DNA of 64,000 nucleotides. Source: Candidatus Bathyarchaeia archaeon. GTDB taxonomy: Archaea; Thermoproteota; Bathyarchaeia; Bathyarchaeales; Bathycorpusculaceae. Positions 19,528 through 29,360 of the stretch are shown here, piece after piece. A program made the position numbers and the translations under genes. The notes below the pieces were generated by a model. It did not search any database. It had not been told where the DNA came from and worked only from the letters and a program-made list of their open reading frames with translations. The stretch is taken from contig JBEKWR010000002.1 in assembly GCA_049512935.1 (NCBI GenBank), positions 64,001-128,000 of the forward strand, in the 5' to 3' direction. The first letter of the stretch is position 1; each line of letters opens with the position of its first letter.

Positions 19528-20367
19528 TTAGCTATCTGGGACAACGCAGAACTTGTGTGGTTTATGGTCTTTGTCTACTAGAATTCGCTTCTCTTTCTCC
19601 AGTCGTTTGAGCTCAGCTCTGACAAAACTCTGAGGTTGCCTGATTTTTTCAGCGATACCTTGGACTGTGTTGTTTCCGCTTGCTATCTCTTTTAGCAAAG
19701 TTTCTCTGCTGAGTTTTTCAAGCTTTTCTTCTGCAACCCTTCGAATTTCCTTTTCTATGGGCGAGTATATGTGGTATCTTTGGTTGAGATCTTGAAGGTT
19801 TTGGGAGAGAGCCATTTCCCAAGGCACACCAGCTGCGGCTGACTGCGCTTGACATTCTCTGCTGATGAGTTTCCAGTCAAGCCCGGATTCTGCAAGGATT
19901 CGCATATCATCTAGGTCTGCCTCTCGTTCGGTTATTCCTTTGAATAGGAAGATATCCTCTTTTGATGTAATGAGAACTGTCAAGTGGCTGCCTTTGTAAA
20001 GCGGCTTTGCTCTTTGCTTGATCGCTTCTGACAGCGTTAGCGCATTGCAGACTTTGTTGACGAATAAGTCCCAGCGGAAGCCGTCTGTGTTTTCCATTAT
20101 TGCATTAGTTTGCATTTTACAATAGCTCTTTGTGATGAGAGCCTGAGCGGGCTTGTCGTAACCTGATTTACTTAGCGCAGTGAGCAAACTGTTAAGCTGT
20201 TCTGCGTTTGTTAGGATGATGTCGATGTCTTTGGTTGCTTCTTTGAGTCCATAGAATGCCATGGCGCCTCCTCCAATGAGGTAAAGTGTTGCAGGTTGTG
20301 TCTTGGTGTCGAGTTTGTCGAATTCTTGTTGGAGGTAGTTTTTGTTAAAGGAGCGCCTTTGCGTCAT
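19528..20367 (-). CDS. DUF6036-like nucleotidyltransferase (AbiEii-like) with C-terminal wHTH
   Basis: IGGGAMAFYGLKEATKDIDII (Pol-beta NTase motif) and FLFKGITEREADLDD. Confidence 0.75.
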   Translation of the reverse strand: MTQRRSFNKNYLQQEFDKLDTKTQPATLYLIGGGAMAFYGLKEATKDIDIILTNAEQLNSLLTALSKSGYDKPAQALITKSYCKMQTNAIMENTDGFRWDLFVNKVCNALTLSEAIKQRAKPLYKGSHLTVLITSKEDIFLFKGITEREADLDDMRILAESGLDWKLISRECQAQSAAAGVPWEMALSQNLQDLNQRYHIYSPIEKEIRRVAEEKLEKLSRETLLKEIASGNNTVQGIAEKIRQPQSFVRAELKRLEKEKRILVDKDHKPHKFCVVPDS

Positions 20368-21302
20368 GCGACCACCCTATAGTCTGTTGCTTTTTCGACG
20401 AACTCGTTCCAGGTTGGCAGCATTGAGTCGGCTTGACGTTTGTGAGTTTTTAAGAATTGTTGCATGGAATCGATTTGACTTCTAATGCCGAGTCGCTGGG
20501 CTTCACTTAGCAGATATGCCGTGTCCAAGTTGTTCCCGATTTTCTTGAGCAGAAGAAGAGCATAAGTTGTGTACCTCGTGCTGTCTGGCTCTATTAACAA
20601 AGTGTGCAGTATAGCGTCTTCTGGCCGGATTTCCTTCTTGTTTTTTGAATAGAGGTAGATTTCGGATTCCGAGAAAAGAGGCAGGTCGTATTCCTGAAAT
20701 ATGGAAGTTGCAGTTTTGAGGAAGCCTTTCGGAGGTCGCTGCACTGTCTTGGGTGCGCGCATCAAAAACTCTCCGTCTTTTTGCCAAAGGATGACTGCGT
20801 CTTTTGAGGCGGTGGCTGCTATTTTTCTCAGAAAGAAATCTTGATATTCCATAAGGAATTCGGATAGAGTTTGAAAGCGGGAATTAATGGAGCCGCTTTG
20901 AGTGATTATTCCGCGGGTTTTCAAGTTTTTAAGGTGACGCCAAAGAGTGTTTTTGGGAATAGTAACTGCGTGATTTTCAGGTCCGTTCAGAGTTTGAAGC
21001 AGGATGTCTATTGCTTTGCCGCTTAGAACATTTTCCCAGTCAATGTGGCTATGGACTGATAAGAGATCGTTAAGCAATATTGCATGTTTTGAATCACTGA
21101 AGTAAGTTTGCTTTTTGAATGCATGCTGGGTTGTTTTAATAAGACCTTTTTGTTCAAGCTTCTTTAGGTTGTAGGAGAGAAGTTGTGGTGTCATTGAAAG
21201 AGCTTTCTCTATGGAAAATAGTTCGTGATTTCCTTTTGCTATCCCTTTTAGTATGGATAGCTCAGCTTTACTGAAGGTGTATTCGGAGCTTGCAGTTTTC
21301 AT
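20364..21302 (-). CDS. wHTH transcriptional regulator / AbiEi-like antitoxin partner
   Basis: Two wHTH-like segments and C-terminal LPTWNEF; 4-bp overlap with the NTase. Confidence 0.65.
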   Translation of the reverse strand: MKTASSEYTFSKAELSILKGIAKGNHELFSIEKALSMTPQLLSYNLKKLEQKGLIKTTQHAFKKQTYFSDSKHAILLNDLLSVHSHIDWENVLSGKAIDILLQTLNGPENHAVTIPKNTLWRHLKNLKTRGIITQSGSINSRFQTLSEFLMEYQDFFLRKIAATASKDAVILWQKDGEFLMRAPKTVQRPPKGFLKTATSIFQEYDLPLFSESEIYLYSKNKKEIRPEDAILHTLLIEPDSTRYTTYALLLLKKIGNNLDTAYLLSEAQRLGIRSQIDSMQQFLKTHKRQADSMLPTWNEFVEKATDYRVVA

Positions 21303-21495
21303 AGACTTCCATAATATTGAAATGCTATATAAGCCTTTAAATTATATGGTGTGCGAAAAGATTAAGCAGCTGATTACAAGTAAACTAGCTTGCAGCACTT
21401 TCCACCGGGCTCTTAATGCTAAACCTATCTTCTATAATTGCCAGACCGCAGAGCAACGGCTTGCACCTTCTATCGATGTGTTATACAGCATTTAA

Positions 21496-23604
21496 TCAGC
21501 TCGAGGGTTTCACACTCGGAGAGAAATTCAGCTTGTAGTCCGCCAGATTCCCTGCAAACATTTCTCTTAGTTCTCCGTCATCTTTAAGCCATTCTCCAGC
21601 GCCAAGCAGTACCCGGGTCATTTCCGTTCTTTCCCTTATCACTTTCAGTATTCGTTCTTCATAAGTGCCCTTCAAATCAAATAGATAGATTTCGACGGGT
21701 TCCTTCTCCCGAAAAGCTAGTGAGTTGATCCTATCGACTCGACCCACCCTTTGCTCCATGGCAGATGGACTCCATTCAAGGTCATAGTGCATGATTCTAC
21801 GGCAGGAAAGGTGAAGATCGATGCTCTCCCTTCCCTTTTGGCTGCAGATTAAGACGTAAGGAGGCCCCGGAAGGTTGAATGCAAACTGAGTGTGTTCAAT
21901 GGGTTTGTCTTCTTCCGATTGGTCGCCAGTTATTGTTGCCACATAATCGATGTGCTGACTAGGACCCCATGTTTCACTCCAGTATTTGATTTGAGGTTCT
22001 CTTCCAATTAGCTCCTTGTTTAGCTGATTTAGGACCTCGTCGATTCGAGAAGCGTCAAGATCTTTGAAGTAGTATGAAGCGAATCTGGCTCTATCAATAT
22101 TTCCAGAAAATTCTCGTCTATGCAGTGCCGCTCTAACTTTCACCCATTTCTTTGCGCCATCTTTCTGTTCCCTTTGGAACCTGTCTTTCAGGCGTTTTCT
22201 CAACTCACGTATAGTAGCGTTTCTCTCACAGAATACGACAATTTTCTGGAACGAGGTTGGGTTGCTCCTTACGATTCGTTCGATTTCCGATACAGCGAAC
22301 TCCAACTTTGGGGACTCGTTTCCTGCTGCCTTTGGAGGAAGGAATGCAACTACATCATTAAACTGCCCGCTCTTCTCGTTTGAATGCCGGATAGCACTAT
22401 ATGACGAGCACAGCGTCTCTCGATTGCTTGCTATATGCGGCCTCGCACCCCCTGAGAGCATTTCCATGAATTTGCTTTCCAAGGCGAAAGTGGCGAATGC
22501 ATGACTTGGCGAAGCCATCAAGTCCTGAGGAACATCTAAAATGTTTAATCTTCGCCTTTCCTTGCCATTCGGCCACTTATCTGGCCAGGTATTTCGAACG
22601 AGATATCTGCGAAGTTTGGTCTCTACCTGAGTCTTTAGGTCTGTCGAAGGTGGATCTCTCGTCCTTACAGCCGACCGGAATTCATTCAAGGTTTCCTTAA
22701 GTCTCGCAACTTCTGTTCCTTCGTTAATGATCGTCGCGGTATACAAGTCCTTGATTCGTTCGATAAGCTCATCGATGTCCAGTGAGAATGGGGTTGCAGT
22801 AACCAGCAGAGCTCTGTGTGCTTTCGAAGATAACACTTCTTGGAGAAAAGCGTGATTCTGTTCTCCGCCGAGTCTATGGGCTTCATCGAGAATCAATAAG
22901 TCTGCAGCTGTACCGGCAGGTCTTCGAGTTGAAAGAACCAGCCGTTGCAGATTTCGATATGCTCCGTAAACACTGACCCACTTGCCAGAATTACGATCAT
23001 AGTTATCAAACCAGAAACGATTCATCTGCTTTCTTGATACAGTTCTTGGGTTTTCAACACCTGTCCCTACGGGAACGTCAACGAGCCTCTGAGCTCTAAA
23101 TAGCTCTTTCAGAAGACGGCTTCGATTCTTGCCTCGCGGTGCATTCTTAGCATGGGCGAGTTTTTCAAACATATCTCTAACCTCATTGCCAGTTGTGTTT
23201 TTCATCGATTCATATGAGACAAAAGAGATCCCGGATTTTATTCGATCCAACCTATCGACTTCTTTCCCTTTTGGGAGGAACGAGTTTTCAACCTGTTTAG
23301 ACCTCAACAAATCCCAACGCTTCCTCCAGATTTGTGTCATATTGTTGTTGGAAGTGAGAACTAGAACCTTTGTTTCTGGGCCTTTCCTTTTGAAAACCGA
23401 AGCGGCAACTGCGAGAGAGACATAGGTCTTTCCCATTCCGACTTCATCAGCTAGTATCGCGCCAGGAACAGCATTCGGCCCATAAAGCCGTTCTAAAATT
23501 GCAGCGGCCGTAATTTTCTGTCGGGCAATGTCAGGAGCTTCGACCAATTCATCCAGATTTAGGTTGAGCCAATTCAAATCATGCACTGAAAGAGATTGGC
23601 TCAT
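21496..23604 (-). CDS. SNF2-like SF2 helicase
   Basis: ILADEVGMGKT (motif I), DEAH (II), TATP (III), ESIDL (V), EQRVGRVDR (VI). Confidence 0.88.
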   Translation of the reverse strand: MSQSLSVHDLNWLNLNLDELVEAPDIARQKITAAAILERLYGPNAVPGAILADEVGMGKTYVSLAVAASVFKRKGPETKVLVLTSNNNMTQIWRKRWDLLRSKQVENSFLPKGKEVDRLDRIKSGISFVSYESMKNTTGNEVRDMFEKLAHAKNAPRGKNRSRLLKELFRAQRLVDVPVGTGVENPRTVSRKQMNRFWFDNYDRNSGKWVSVYGAYRNLQRLVLSTRRPAGTAADLLILDEAHRLGGEQNHAFLQEVLSSKAHRALLVTATPFSLDIDELIERIKDLYTATIINEGTEVARLKETLNEFRSAVRTRDPPSTDLKTQVETKLRRYLVRNTWPDKWPNGKERRRLNILDVPQDLMASPSHAFATFALESKFMEMLSGGARPHIASNRETLCSSYSAIRHSNEKSGQFNDVVAFLPPKAAGNESPKLEFAVSEIERIVRSNPTSFQKIVVFCERNATIRELRKRLKDRFQREQKDGAKKWVKVRAALHRREFSGNIDRARFASYYFKDLDASRIDEVLNQLNKELIGREPQIKYWSETWGPSQHIDYVATITGDQSEEDKPIEHTQFAFNLPGPPYVLICSQKGRESIDLHLSCRRIMHYDLEWSPSAMEQRVGRVDRINSLAFREKEPVEIYLFDLKGTYEERILKVIRERTEMTRVLLGAGEWLKDDGELREMFAGNLADYKLNFSPSVKPSS

Positions 23605-25364
23605 GGCAATTGCTTCCTTAGGACAGGACTAATATCCTTCTTGATTGGTTTCACAATTCTTATCATTGCTCTCCAAGCTTTCTTACGTTTGTCTCGAGAA
23701 AGAATGAACTTAGCTATTTCGAACTTCGACCATTCGCGCCAATAAATTTCTGTTGGACTCAGACCGGCAACGTCGGAAGCGGAACTTATGCAGCCCTTTA
23801 GAATAGCTTGAACATAGTTGAGCTCAAGTTCTGAGTCTGCATCTTCAATCATAGCCGCGAGATTCGTCAGAGCCTCTCGTAGCGCTACCATACGTTCATG
23901 CCAAGGGAAAGTGGAGTCGCTCGTTGAAGATTTGAAAAGGTCAGTTGTTTGGGCCCTTGACAGTTCACTATCCGTGTTTTCGAAATCTCTTTTTCCAGAT
24001 AGGAGGGCAAGATATTGGTCGAAGGACCATTTTTTTTCCAATGTCGAGTCATCGCATACATCAAATGGACATTCTATGGGAACCCAATCTGCTTCAAAAC
24101 CAATCTCGACGATCGGATTTCTGGGCAATGTCGCCACTGCCCTTTCTGACCCGAATTTTGGGTCCGACAGATTGATTCCCTGGGCAGGATTGACTTCAGT
24201 CCCCGCAAGTGAAACGACAGTGTCTTCGATATTGTGTGGTACAATCCATTTAGGAATTAGTCTCTGAGCTGAAGGCTCGTATCGTATAGACTCTAAAGAT
24301 ATCCAGCGCTTAATTCGTGGTTTTGCTTGTGGTTTGATAAAATTACACTCTTTGAAGCTTACTTCTTTTGCCTTGGGCAAGAAATCCATCGGAAGCGACG
24401 GAGATGTATATTTCAATTGCCAAGCCAGTTCAACGTTGCCAGACTGAGTCCACTTTCGTAACATGGCGGCAGTCGTCGCATTCGGAGACCCTCCCAGCAT
24501 TTGCCAGGTACCCTCTGTGTATACAGCCTGCAGTTTAGCGTGGAGTGGTCTGGAATTCTCTCCGCCTACACGAAAAACTTTGATATGCACCCTATCTTTT
24601 AGGCCAGCGAAAGTAGACCAGCTACCAAAAACTCGACCATCCGGTGCTCCCTGCAGATAGATGTTAAGAGAGGCGGTCTTTGAGTAGGAGTGCTCGACTA
24701 GATGCGAAAAGTAGCCCTCGTCCTCCTGGTTCGCTTCGTCCTCAGCCTGATCGGTAAAGGGTGCGATAACATGAGCACGCGTCCAAGATCCACTCCAATT
24801 CCATTGCTCCCAAATCGAAGCGGTTTCTGAACTTGCAATAATTTGATCATTAATGCGAGGCGGAACATTCCCGAAGTGTTTCTTCGAATACCAAGCTCCA
24901 AATTTTGTGCTTGATCCGATACTTCCAAGTGGAAATGCCCAGCGTTCTATCGCATCCGGAAGCACCCAACCATCCCATTCGAAATATGAGAAGACCTCAA
25001 GATTCTTCTCCCAGCCACTAGGCGTCAAGTTTCCACTCCCGATGAACAATGCAGTCTTGTAGAGCTTTGAATCCTTGTTACGAAGCATTAGTGCAATTAC
25101 TTTGGGATGCCATAGGTTAGTCCCTGGATATTTGCAAACATCGTAACCTGCACCCTGACCATGGAAGTTATCTCCATCAACTATGACAGTAACTAGAAAA
25201 TGTCCCTTCAATTGGCCATGACCGCAAAGAATTCCATCAAGAACTTCGGTTTCAAAAAATGACCTGCGAAAAGTATATGTACAAAACAGTGCAGCTTGGA
25301 TTCTGCAATCCCCTATGGCTTGCACTATTTCGCTCCCCAGATTACTATAGCGGATTTTACTCAC
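23601..25364 (-). CDS. Phospholipase D-like nuclease with two HxK motifs
   Basis: WHPKV...IGSGNLT...NLE and LHAKL...GSPNAT...NVE. Confidence 0.8.
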   Translation of the reverse strand: MSKIRYSNLGSEIVQAIGDCRIQAALFCTYTFRRSFFETEVLDGILCGHGQLKGHFLVTVIVDGDNFHGQGAGYDVCKYPGTNLWHPKVIALMLRNKDSKLYKTALFIGSGNLTPSGWEKNLEVFSYFEWDGWVLPDAIERWAFPLGSIGSSTKFGAWYSKKHFGNVPPRINDQIIASSETASIWEQWNWSGSWTRAHVIAPFTDQAEDEANQEDEGYFSHLVEHSYSKTASLNIYLQGAPDGRVFGSWSTFAGLKDRVHIKVFRVGGENSRPLHAKLQAVYTEGTWQMLGGSPNATTAAMLRKWTQSGNVELAWQLKYTSPSLPMDFLPKAKEVSFKECNFIKPQAKPRIKRWISLESIRYEPSAQRLIPKWIVPHNIEDTVVSLAGTEVNPAQGINLSDPKFGSERAVATLPRNPIVEIGFEADWVPIECPFDVCDDSTLEKKWSFDQYLALLSGKRDFENTDSELSRAQTTDLFKSSTSDSTFPWHERMVALREALTNLAAMIEDADSELELNYVQAILKGCISSASDVAGLSPTEIYWREWSKFEIAKFILSRDKRKKAWRAMIRIVKPIKKDISPVLRKQLP

Positions 25365-26440
25365 AGCAAATCATTCCGCTTCATCATCCTGACAGCATTC
25401 GACCATCGGCAGTCACCGAGGGTGCTTTCGGAACGGCTTCCGTTATACTGATGTGTATACAGCTTACCGTCTGAAAAGCTTAACCATAGATCCGACTCTC
25501 CCCTTCGCCTTGCTCTAAACTCTGTTTCATGCCAATCGCAAAGCTCCCGAAGAGTCGGAGGTCGGGAAGCAAAGGCTCGTACTGAATCCCAACGAGTTCC
25601 CATTAAATCTTTAGGTGGCAACATCTTGAGTACGGGCCATGAGTCAATGGAAGATTTTCCATCGAATACGACAGAATTGAATACCTTGCGTACTTCATGA
25701 GACCATCTGCAGAATTCATGGGCAAATGACGATATTGGGCCGTAGCTTCCAAGCAGAGGAGCAGCATCATTCCACGCCTCTTTCTCGGACCAATTCAACC
25801 TCTCCATCGCACAGTATAGCTCCGGCATCTTAAGCTTGAGTCTCTCATGAAACTTTCGCCGGAAGCTCGCAAGATTCGCAGAGCACACCTGCTCGAAAGA
25901 TACTCGCCACTGACTCCAGTCTCCATTCGAGAGCCTAGGCGGCTTGTTTGCCCCCTCAGTCCAAACTAAGGCAGAATCTGTTAACATAATTCTCTCTCGC
26001 TCGACAATATCTAGACTTCTGAAAGGTTGCAAGTGTACGCCCAACAAACCCTGCGAACGTTGGTTATGCAGTACTGGGCGGTAAGGTTTTTTTTGAGGGG
26101 CATCTTCCTCGTCTGATTGTCTACGTGACAGTTCGATTCCATCAAAGCTTTTTTCGTCGTGCATTTTTGGGAACTTAGCCCATGTAAGCTTGAGGCATCT
26201 CTCCCACGAGAGAAAATTTCTTACAGCGTCTGGATCATTCTTAAAAGGAATCGTAGACCATCTTAGTAGAATTAGTGTCCAGAAAGCGTCTTTGACAGAA
26301 ATTGTCCTTCCAGTAAGGCAGGGAACAAGTCTATTACTGAGTTCTTCCCTCATTGCGTCGAGTCCTAGCGGATCTGGCGGATTGTTGTTTCGCTCGGGGG
26401 TCGTCCAGAATAAATTAGCCAATCGAACACTAGCGGTCAT
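25361..26440 (-). CDS. DUF6361-like hypothetical protein
   Basis: N-terminal DPLGLDAMREELSNRLVPCLTGRT resembles the D.LG...RD.FS..L.PG.S..T pattern. First gene of the overlapping triplet. Confidence 0.55.
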   Translation of the reverse strand: MTASVRLANLFWTTPERNNNPPDPLGLDAMREELSNRLVPCLTGRTISVKDAFWTLILLRWSTIPFKNDPDAVRNFLSWERCLKLTWAKFPKMHDEKSFDGIELSRRQSDEEDAPQKKPYRPVLHNQRSQGLLGVHLQPFRSLDIVERERIMLTDSALVWTEGANKPPRLSNGDWSQWRVSFEQVCSANLASFRRKFHERLKLKMPELYCAMERLNWSEKEAWNDAAPLLGSYGPISSFAHEFCRWSHEVRKVFNSVVFDGKSSIDSWPVLKMLPPKDLMGTRWDSVRAFASRPPTLRELCDWHETEFRARRRGESDLWLSFSDGKLYTHQYNGSRSESTLGDCRWSNAVRMMKRNDLL

Positions 26441-26494
26441 GACTTATTCTTAGCCCTTTTATCTGATTAAACTTGTTCTTCGCTTGCTTCAGCT

Positions 26495-26803
26495 TCAAGG
26501 GCTAGTATTTCTATTTTCGGTCTCTATTAACTTCGGTATGAATTCAATGAAGTCTTCTTTTTGTTGGTAGGCAAGCTTCTCATAGCCGTCTATTAGGTTG
26601 TTTATGAGCACTCGGTAGACTCTGGTGACTTCCTTGAGCTTAAACTCAATTATCTCATGCGTGAAAGTGGCGAAGGCGTCTGTTTCTGTTTGGTCGTAGA
26701 TGTAGATGGTGCCTTGCTTTATTTCGCCATGAATAGACTTGGCATTGTCTGGTATCCAAGCGACAGAGAGCGGAATACCCAACCTATCCAAAATTCCTTG
26801 CAT
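26495..26803 (-). CDS. Small zincin-like (HExxE) hypothetical protein
   Basis: HGEI...IYIYD...TFTHEIIE motif. Confidence 0.55.
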   Translation of the reverse strand: MQGILDRLGIPLSVAWIPDNAKSIHGEIKQGTIYIYDQTETDAFATFTHEIIEFKLKEVTRVYRVLINNLIDGYEKLAYQQKEDFIEFIPKLIETENRNTSP

Positions 26804-27237
26804 CCGCTTGATGACATTTTCTTTTGCCGCGCTATTATCAAATTATCTTTCTTTATTTTCCATGTGGAAATTCTGTTATCAGGGTTTTGAACTCTTTGCA
26901 TGAGCGTAATTTTCGTTGAGAAAATATCTTTTAACAAAAAATTATTTTTTGTTAATTTTGTTATGATCGCTATTTAGCTGTTTTTCGCAAAAAGTTAGAA
27001 AAATCTAAACTTTTCACAATTTAATATGACCATGTTGAGCTTAAAATTGTAAAAACGGCTCAAATTGCGTTCATCAATGGTAAAAGCATTCTAACTTTTC
27101 ATGGAGCATTTAGTGTTAAACTAGGCTTAACTCATGCGATAAACAGGCTATTACACTGTTATTGCTTGCCACTTCAAGCCTTCAATTGCTTTAGCGCTTA
27201 TATCGGCGCAGACTGCGAGTTTCACAGTTACTCTGCA

Positions 27238-28026
27238 CTAAAGCTCTATTATGTCATAATCATTTGGGATTATGGTTTCACCCGAAAACCGGCTTGATGC
27301 TTCATCGAGTATTTCCTTTTCGGTTCCGTAAAGCAGATGGACAAGAACAAGTCTTTTGGCGCCTGATTTCTGCGCTAAATCAGCAGCCTCTCTAGCGGTA
27401 GAATGCTTTGTCAGCTCAGCAAGGCCATGCATTTTCTCGGTGCAAAAAGCTTCATGGATAAGAACATCAACGTCCTCGACCAAATCGCTCAAACCTTCAA
27501 AAGGTCGAGTATCCGGAACATATGCAATTGAAAACGAGGGATTTGCCATGTCAATTCGGTATCCGTATGCTGGAACCACATGCTGAAGAGGGATCGGTCG
27601 CAAAAGGGCATCTTTGTTTAATTGAATAACCGGTTGCTTTGCGATATCCTGATTGGTTATCTTGGTCATCTTCTCTAATTCGCTCAACTGGTAAGGAAAA
27701 AGGGTCTTGGTAATTTGCAATGTTTGGCTGTATACGACGCTATCAGCAAGTACATTGATTATCGAAGGAATTGGCTTTTGAGACACTATAGCTGTCCAAA
27801 ATGCATGGTAATACAAAGGTACCCCGAAGGTGTGGTCTCCATGAAGATGACTCAGGAATAGATAGTCGATTTTTTCAATCTCGTAGCCGAGCTTTGTCAG
27901 CCTAAGTGTAACGCTCCCACAGCACTCAGTTAGCAAACGTAATTTATCTGAAAAATCAATCAAGAAATTGGTGCTTTCTCTATGCAAAGGGAAGGTGTTG
28001 GTCCCAATAATTGCAATTTTGGGCAA
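27238..28026 (-). CDS. MBL-fold metallo-hydrolase, RNase Z-like
   Basis: SHLHGDH, HVVPAYGYRI, DT, HEA, HST, LVH motifs. Confidence 0.85.
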   Translation of the reverse strand: MPKIAIIGTNTFPLHRESTNFLIDFSDKLRLLTECCGSVTLRLTKLGYEIEKIDYLFLSHLHGDHTFGVPLYYHAFWTAIVSQKPIPSIINVLADSVVYSQTLQITKTLFPYQLSELEKMTKITNQDIAKQPVIQLNKDALLRPIPLQHVVPAYGYRIDMANPSFSIAYVPDTRPFEGLSDLVEDVDVLIHEAFCTEKMHGLAELTKHSTAREAADLAQKSGAKRLVLVHLLYGTEKEILDEASSRFSGETIIPNDYDIIEL

Positions 28027-28146
28027 TCTATAACCTCATTTGAGGTTAGAGCTCCTTATATTAAAGGTATTCTCAGGAGTCAAATATGCACTTGAGTTGT
28101 TTTAATCTTTCACACCGCAGAAAACCTAACAGTTTCATCCTTGAAT

Positions 28147-29352
28147 TTACTTCTTCTTTCGATGGCAGATTTCTTTGACGGTTTTCTCGGGCAGATTATC
28201 GCCAAACGAATCCTTCGGGACGTACTTGATTTTGAAGTATCTCAGAGATTCTTGATAGTGTTCTCTCTCAATCACTCTAATCAAGCGTTCGTATGTCACC
28301 TTTCTGCAGATTTCGTTCTCCGAGTTGTTTACGAGAACGAACTTTCGGTCTCCTCCATCCTCTTTATTCAGGTCCATGACTGCATGTCCAGTAGTTCCCG
28401 AGCCGGCAAAGAAATCCAAAACTAACGCATGCTTCCCCCCTGCTACCCGAACAAGCTCCTTCACGAGCTTCATAGGCTTCGGAGTCCGAAACATGTCTCT
28501 TCTCCCCAGAATCTCCTCGAGCTCGTCCTTGGCGGATGATGTTGTCCCCAGTCCCTTCAGTATCGTTTCCATGTGGGTCGGAGTCTCTGCATACTCTTCA
28601 CCGCTCCTAGGTGAAGGCATCATCATCGAGCTGAAGTTCGTCTTGTTTTTGTCCTTGAAACAAGCAAAGATGTTCTCATGCACGGTTTTGATGTTGTGAA
28701 AGGGCCTTTCCACACGATTCTGATCAAACTTGGGATCAGTCTTGGGCCAAACTAGAACTACCACGTTGGCTTCGCCAAAAATAGTTTGACATAAGAGGAG
28801 CAGAGTGCCTGTTTCATGTTCGTCAATATGAATGAACATTACACCATTTTCTGACAAAAGGCCATATGCAGCACGGATTCTCTTGTCCATGAAGCTGAGC
28901 CACTTACTATGAACGTATGCGTCGCCAGCGTCTGCATAGTCATAATCATCGTAGTTCAAGGATTCCATCCCTGTATTATATGGGGGGTCGATGTAGATTA
29001 CGTCTACTTTCCCAGCGTAAGACTTTGATAGATGTCTGAGGGCCGCGAGATTCTCCCCTTCTATCAAGAGGTTTGATCTCTTGCCATTGTTGATCGCCAG
29101 TTTCCTCATTTCCGCCAGCTTGATGTCGTTCTTATCCAATAGTTTCTCTATTCCCTCTAAATGCTCTTCGAAGGTAAGGCCGTACCCAGTCTCGACTAAT
29201 GCCCGTCTCACGTCGTCCAGATAACGCAGTAGAGTAGGATTTCCCGAGGCCTTCTCGACGAACCGCCTCACAGCAGATATATGTCTCAGAAGTTCGTCGT
29301 TTCGCCTTCTCGAGACATTTGCGTTACCAGGCGCATGCTTCTTTTTACTCAT
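28147..29352 (-). CDS. Beta-class amino-methyltransferase, Type III Mod-like, apparently lacking the TRD
   Basis: LLIEGENL, IYIDPPYNTG (motif IV), TPKP, LDFFAGSGTTGHA (motif I). Only 401 aa, with a very short segment where the TRD normally lies. Confidence 0.85.
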   Translation of the reverse strand: MSKKKHAPGNANVSRRRNDELLRHISAVRRFVEKASGNPTLLRYLDDVRRALVETGYGLTFEEHLEGIEKLLDKNDIKLAEMRKLAINNGKRSNLLIEGENLAALRHLSKSYAGKVDVIYIDPPYNTGMESLNYDDYDYADAGDAYVHSKWLSFMDKRIRAAYGLLSENGVMFIHIDEHETGTLLLLCQTIFGEANVVVLVWPKTDPKFDQNRVERPFHNIKTVHENIFACFKDKNKTNFSSMMMPSPRSGEEYAETPTHMETILKGLGTTSSAKDELEEILGRRDMFRTPKPMKLVKELVRVAGGKHALVLDFFAGSGTTGHAVMDLNKEDGGDRKFVLVNNSENEICRKVTYERLIRVIEREHYQESLRYFKIKYVPKDSFGDNLPEKTVKEICHRKKK

Positions 29353-29360
29353 AGTGTCAC

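Noticed and set aside
21402-21411. AGCCCGGTGG on the minus strand as the 5' half of the att tRNA (split tRNA)
   Set aside because: The following bases do not form a D arm, and a 10-nt match is expected by chance.
26719-26937. 72-aa ORF as a frameshifted 5' part of the HExxE gene
   Set aside because: It has no recognisable motif or slippery site, so it cannot be supported without homologs.
28147-29352. Complete Type III restriction-modification system
   Set aside because: No Res subunit is adjacent. The SNF2 helicase at 21496 belongs to a separate overlapping triplet.
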